Assembly: GCA_030390025.1 (NCBI GenBank) | Contig: CM059432.1 | Coordinates: forward strand, 113,648,001-113,712,000 | Length of the DNA stretch: 64,000 nt | Direction of reading: 5' to 3' | Source: Squalus acanthias | Lineage: Eukaryota | Shown: in pieces, positions 59,895 to 64,000 of the stretch | How positions within the stretch are numbered: position 1 is the stretch's first letter | How the letters are laid out: the number at the start of each line of letters is the position of its first letter | Made by a program: the position numbers and the translations under genes | The notes under the pieces: generated by a model | The model's input: only the letters and a program-made list of their open reading frames with translations | What the model was told of the DNA's origin: nothing | Databases searched by the model: none

Positions 59895-61095
59895 ACATAT
59901 CAGCCTTGATTCAGAGATTGACGCAAGAACTGAATGCCAGAGGAGAGGTGAGAGTAGCTGTCCTTGACATCAAGGCAGCATTCGACTGAGTATGGCATCA
60001 AGGAGCCCGAGCAAAACTGAAGTCAATGGGAAGTCCAAGAGCAAAGCCTTCAGTGCTTGGAGTTGCACCTGATGCAGAGGAAGGTGGTTGTCAGAGGCCA
60101 ATCATCACAGTCCCGGGACATCACTGCAAGACTTCATCAAGGAAGGATCCTCGGCTCAACTGTCTGCTTCATAAATTACCTTCCAGTCCATCGCAAAGTC
60201 AGAAATGGGGCTGTTTGCTGGCGATTCCAGTGTTCAGCACCATTCACAACTCCTCTGATAATTAAGCAGCCATGCCAGCCTGCAGTAGGACCTGGATAAC
60301 ATCCAGACTTGGGCTGACAAGTGGCAGCTAACATTGACGCCACACAAGTGCCAGGCAATGACCATCAAGAACAAGAGAACGCCCAGCTATCTCCCCTTGA
60401 CCTTCAGTGGCAGCACCATCACCAAGACCCCCACCATCAACATCCTGGGGGGGTCACCATTGACCCAAGCTGAATTGAGCCAACCATATCAACATTGTAC
60501 CTAATGGAGCAGGGCAGAGATTAGGTACTCTGCAACGAGTGGCTCAACTTCTGAACCCTGAAAACCTCTCCACCATCTACAAAGTTCAAGAATACTCACC
60601 ATTCTCCGAGGTACGGCCATAACACCACTTGAAGATGCTCAGCACCAGCCAGGATGGAGCACTTTGTTTGATTGCTACCCTTGCCACTGGACTGATTATC
60701 CACCCTCTCCCCCACTGGTGCACTGTGACTGTATGTATGATCCACAGGATGCACTACAGCAACTTGCCAATATAGCACTTCAACAGCAACTCCTTCTTCT
60801 GCAATCACTACCGCTGAGAAGGACAAGAGAAGCAATATTATGGGAAAACCACCATCTCCAGGTTCCCCTCCAAGTCACACACCTTTCTGACTTGGACATA
60901 CATCGTTATTTCTTGTTGCTGGGTAAATATTCTGAAATTCCCTACCTAACACCATTGTGGGAGCACCATCATCAAAAATGCCACAGCAATTCAAGGAGAA
61001 GGCCCTTCACCCTCACCACCTCAGGGCAGCCAGGGGTGGGAAATAAATGCAGCCATGCCAGCATGGCCCACATTTTGATAAATCATTTTTTTTAA
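59895..61095 (+). mobile_element. Decayed copy of the second CR1/L2-group LINE family
   Basis: Collinear similarity to 38010-40130 (GACATCAAGGCAGCATTCGAC...TGGCATCAAGGAGCCC; GCCACACAAGTGCCAGGCAATGAC). Confidence 0.85.
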
Positions 61096-61974
61096 ATCAC
61101 TCGATGAATCACCAGTTAAGCTGTTCTTGGTAATATCGAATTATGGAGGAATTTTGGGCAGGAGAGCTCCCTACTCTTCTTTGAATTGTGCTTTGGAATA
61201 GTGAAGAAATAAAAACCAATACCTAGATTTTCCAGGCCTCTTTTGATTGGGCTGCATCACTGGGGAGGCTGGGACTTCCACCACCATGGAGATGTGACGC
61301 TGTCCTGGTCAACTTCTGGCATCGTCATTCAAAGGCAGGATACGGATAGGGAGTCGCACTAAAATGGGAGAGGAGTTTTTGCTTTGGCCTGCTGCAGCTT
61401 GGGGATTTTCATCTCCTCAAAAAAAAAAGTTTCCTTCTCCACTTGGCCATGCTTTCTGAAGCATTTGCACAGGCCCTAGCTGCCAGAAAAATTCTCAGAC
61501 TCCCTTCCACTGACCTTTGAACACTGGACGCTTGAAACTAACGGGCGCCCCATGCTTCCAGTGTTAACCTGTAAAGCCCAGTGTTGATAAATACAATGTT
61601 TAAATCTGCACCTTAAATGTTGGAAGAAATTTGTATTGGCAGGTCCACTGAGTCCTGTAATTACTTAACCAGATGCTGTGAGAAGCAGGACTGAGACTCA
61701 ACTCGTACTGTAAGTAGTGGAACAGTCACGTGAGAGCAAATGAAGCAAGGTGAATCTGGTGCTAAAACAGATGTATTCAGGACTGGAAATGTTTGAATCT
61801 TATCATTTGAATAATTGCCTTTATTCAAAAGGTTTGCTTCTGGTAATTTAAATTGGATTTCCACTTTAACCCCGCAATTGTTCAGGAACTAGGATGTGGT
61901 TCTATGGGTGCTTCCACCTGATCCAAGCAGCCATTCTTCATCACACCTGCCCTCATCTGCTGTCCACAGTTTCC

Positions 61975-62190
61975 AGCGTGGGTCACTGAATGGTGATTGT
62001 GAATAGGAACCTTGGCTGATTGCTCACTGCCCAACCCAGTGGCACTATACTTAATTGTAGCTACTTCTGCAGTCTTGGCTGAGGTTAGCTAACCCAGCAA
62101 AGACTGGGTGTTGAATTTGGGATGCTTCTGGTCAGTGTCAATCAGTATGATACTTGGTGGTACATTTACCCACTAAGCCAGCGGGGAAGC
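61975..62190 (-). mobile_element. Possible ancient tRNA-derived SINE
   Basis: Minus strand A-box-like TGGCTTAGTGG and a degenerate B-box ~45 nt downstream. Confidence 0.3.
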
Positions 62191-64000
62191 TTCTCCACTG
62201 CATTACTGCATTGTTATTCCTAGGTATATGTAACGTGTTTGACAAACAATTAAACAGCTATAGAAACTTTATTTAAGCTGTCAGCCACAGCTCAGTTCAC
62301 TCATCTGAAGCAGTAACTGAACTGCAAGAAGAATCATAGAAGGTTCAGCTTCATAGCAAGAATGGGTTACAGTCAGAGACTAGGAGGTCAGTCTCTAGTC
62401 GAGCCTATTAGCCTGGCTCCAGCCAGAGCCTCAGCTCAGTCTCTACCTCCCCCTATCCATGTCCCTAGCCCTGAATATGATTTGAATTCCTTAACCCTTT
62501 CAAACACTCTCTTTCTAAATGAAATCCATTTATCTCATGTGTCACCTTTGGCATTTGCATTCCAATCTCTCTCTCACTCACTCTCAAATTGTTTTCAGTC
62601 CTTCTGCATCTTTTGCCAGTTCTTATATCTGTGTCTCTCTGGATCTTCCTCTTTCACACTGTCTCAGAATCTCCTTCTCACTTCTCTCCAGGAGACCCAC
62701 ATACCAAACACCATCTACTCCTATCTCTCACTCAACACTGATCCATCATCAACCAGTCTTCCTTTTAAACCTGTCTCTAACGAGCCATCCTAAAGTCGGT
62801 GCTCACGAATGGGAAACACAATACTCAGTTGAGAAGCCAGGTTTATACAGGTTCATCATAATTTCCTTGCTTGTTGTACTGCTATGGCTGGAATTTTCCT
62901 GGTGGTTCGGTGCGATCAGTGGCTGATAATTTATTTTTGCACACGGAGCCTCGCTTGCCTCGCTTGCTCACACACTTTCTCCCAGGCCCGCTGTCATCTC
63001 AGCAGGCCGAGCCGCCGCAGCCGGGCGAACCAGTGAAGTCGTCATCACTAGTAGTAGTTACAAACTTTAAGTACTTTCCAAACATTTAAAACGTTGCTTC
63101 ATTTACCATGCATTTTCATTACCACGTCTGTTCAGTCTGTGCTCAGTTCAGTGGCCATGCATGTCTCTATTGATTACTTGACAGCATGAAATGTACAGTA
63201 AAAGCTCCCACCTGACAGATGATCACTTTCCTCAGCAGAAGCTGTTGCTCAGTCCATTTCCAGCACAGATTCTGCCGGTTGCAAGTCTTTCCAGCAAAGT
63301 CTTCATCCAGTCTCACCTCATTGGAAGAACTCGTTCACCATTGACAGAATGCTTCTGTCATCGCTACTTCACCTGCCATCTGTTTTATCAGCATGGGTGC
63401 CGTTTATAGTGTCTCACCTTGGTCCTTAGAATCGGACCACAATGAGCCCCAACACCAGCAGCACCAGGCACACCAGCAGCACCAACAACAACACCAACCT
63501 TCTCTGCAATCACCTGATGCTGCACTGGACACAGGGCATCAGCACCTGACCAAATTGCTGCCCGGGAGGCCAGGGATGGTCTCATCATGGCCAGATTTAA
63601 TTCACTTGACGTTGTATACCCTGGCTGCCACATGATGCGCCAGGTTGGTACCACCCCACACCAGCACCATAAAGCATCCCTACAATGCCCAAGCCGTTCC
63701 TCCCACACTCATCACCATTGCGGGGGGGGGGTACTGTTATGTCTCACCATTCACTGCAACTCACTAAGCCACTTCCAAAGGTGCACACAGATTTGTCCAA
63801 GATCGGAATGTGTTGAAAATAAAGATTTTTATGTTTGACGCCACGTTAACAGAAATTTTACATAAACATCACCCAAGTGGCTACCCTTGTGTGTTGTTAG
63901 TTGGTATGATTGCACTAGGATGAGGGTGAGTGTGAGGGGTGGCTAGTGAGATGGGGATGTGATAATGTAGATAGCGAGAGATGGGTGGAGGGGCAAGGTA

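Noticed and set aside
54865..64000. DPYS exon 2 (expected AAL.GGTTM...)
   Set aside because: Not found by eye or in the ORF track; probably beyond the window, though a short exon could be missed

Overview
Repeat-dense vertebrate genomic DNA. The mix of CR1, RTE, Penelope-type and Harbinger repeats suggests a cartilaginous fish (inference). The only host gene I can support is coding exon 1 of dihydropyrimidinase (DPYS, + strand, 42431-42694); no later exon was recognised. The window contains: (i) a purine-rich ~23-bp satellite (1-18840) interrupted by a CR1 LINE that carries a 1.68-kb solo-LTR-like insert; (ii) a ~21-kb stack of nested transposons (19324-40130), including an apparently intact two-gene Harbinger with its own MITE inserted backwards into it, a near-intact CR1 whose ORF1/ORF2 junction has an in-frame UUUAAAC, a young Gypsy element lacking a tRNA primer site but with an 11-nt self-complementary one, an RTE, and Penelope-type hairpin/hammerhead fragments; (iii) a diverged ~480-bp inverted repeat bracketing that stack, each arm flanked outward by related GA-rich tandem repeats, suggesting an old head-to-head duplication of the DPYS upstream region; (iv) a ~12-kb 22-bp satellite in DPYS intron 1; (v) decayed LINE/SINE/MITE debris. 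Most long ORFs in the supplied track are translation artefacts of the satellites. All alignments were done by eye.
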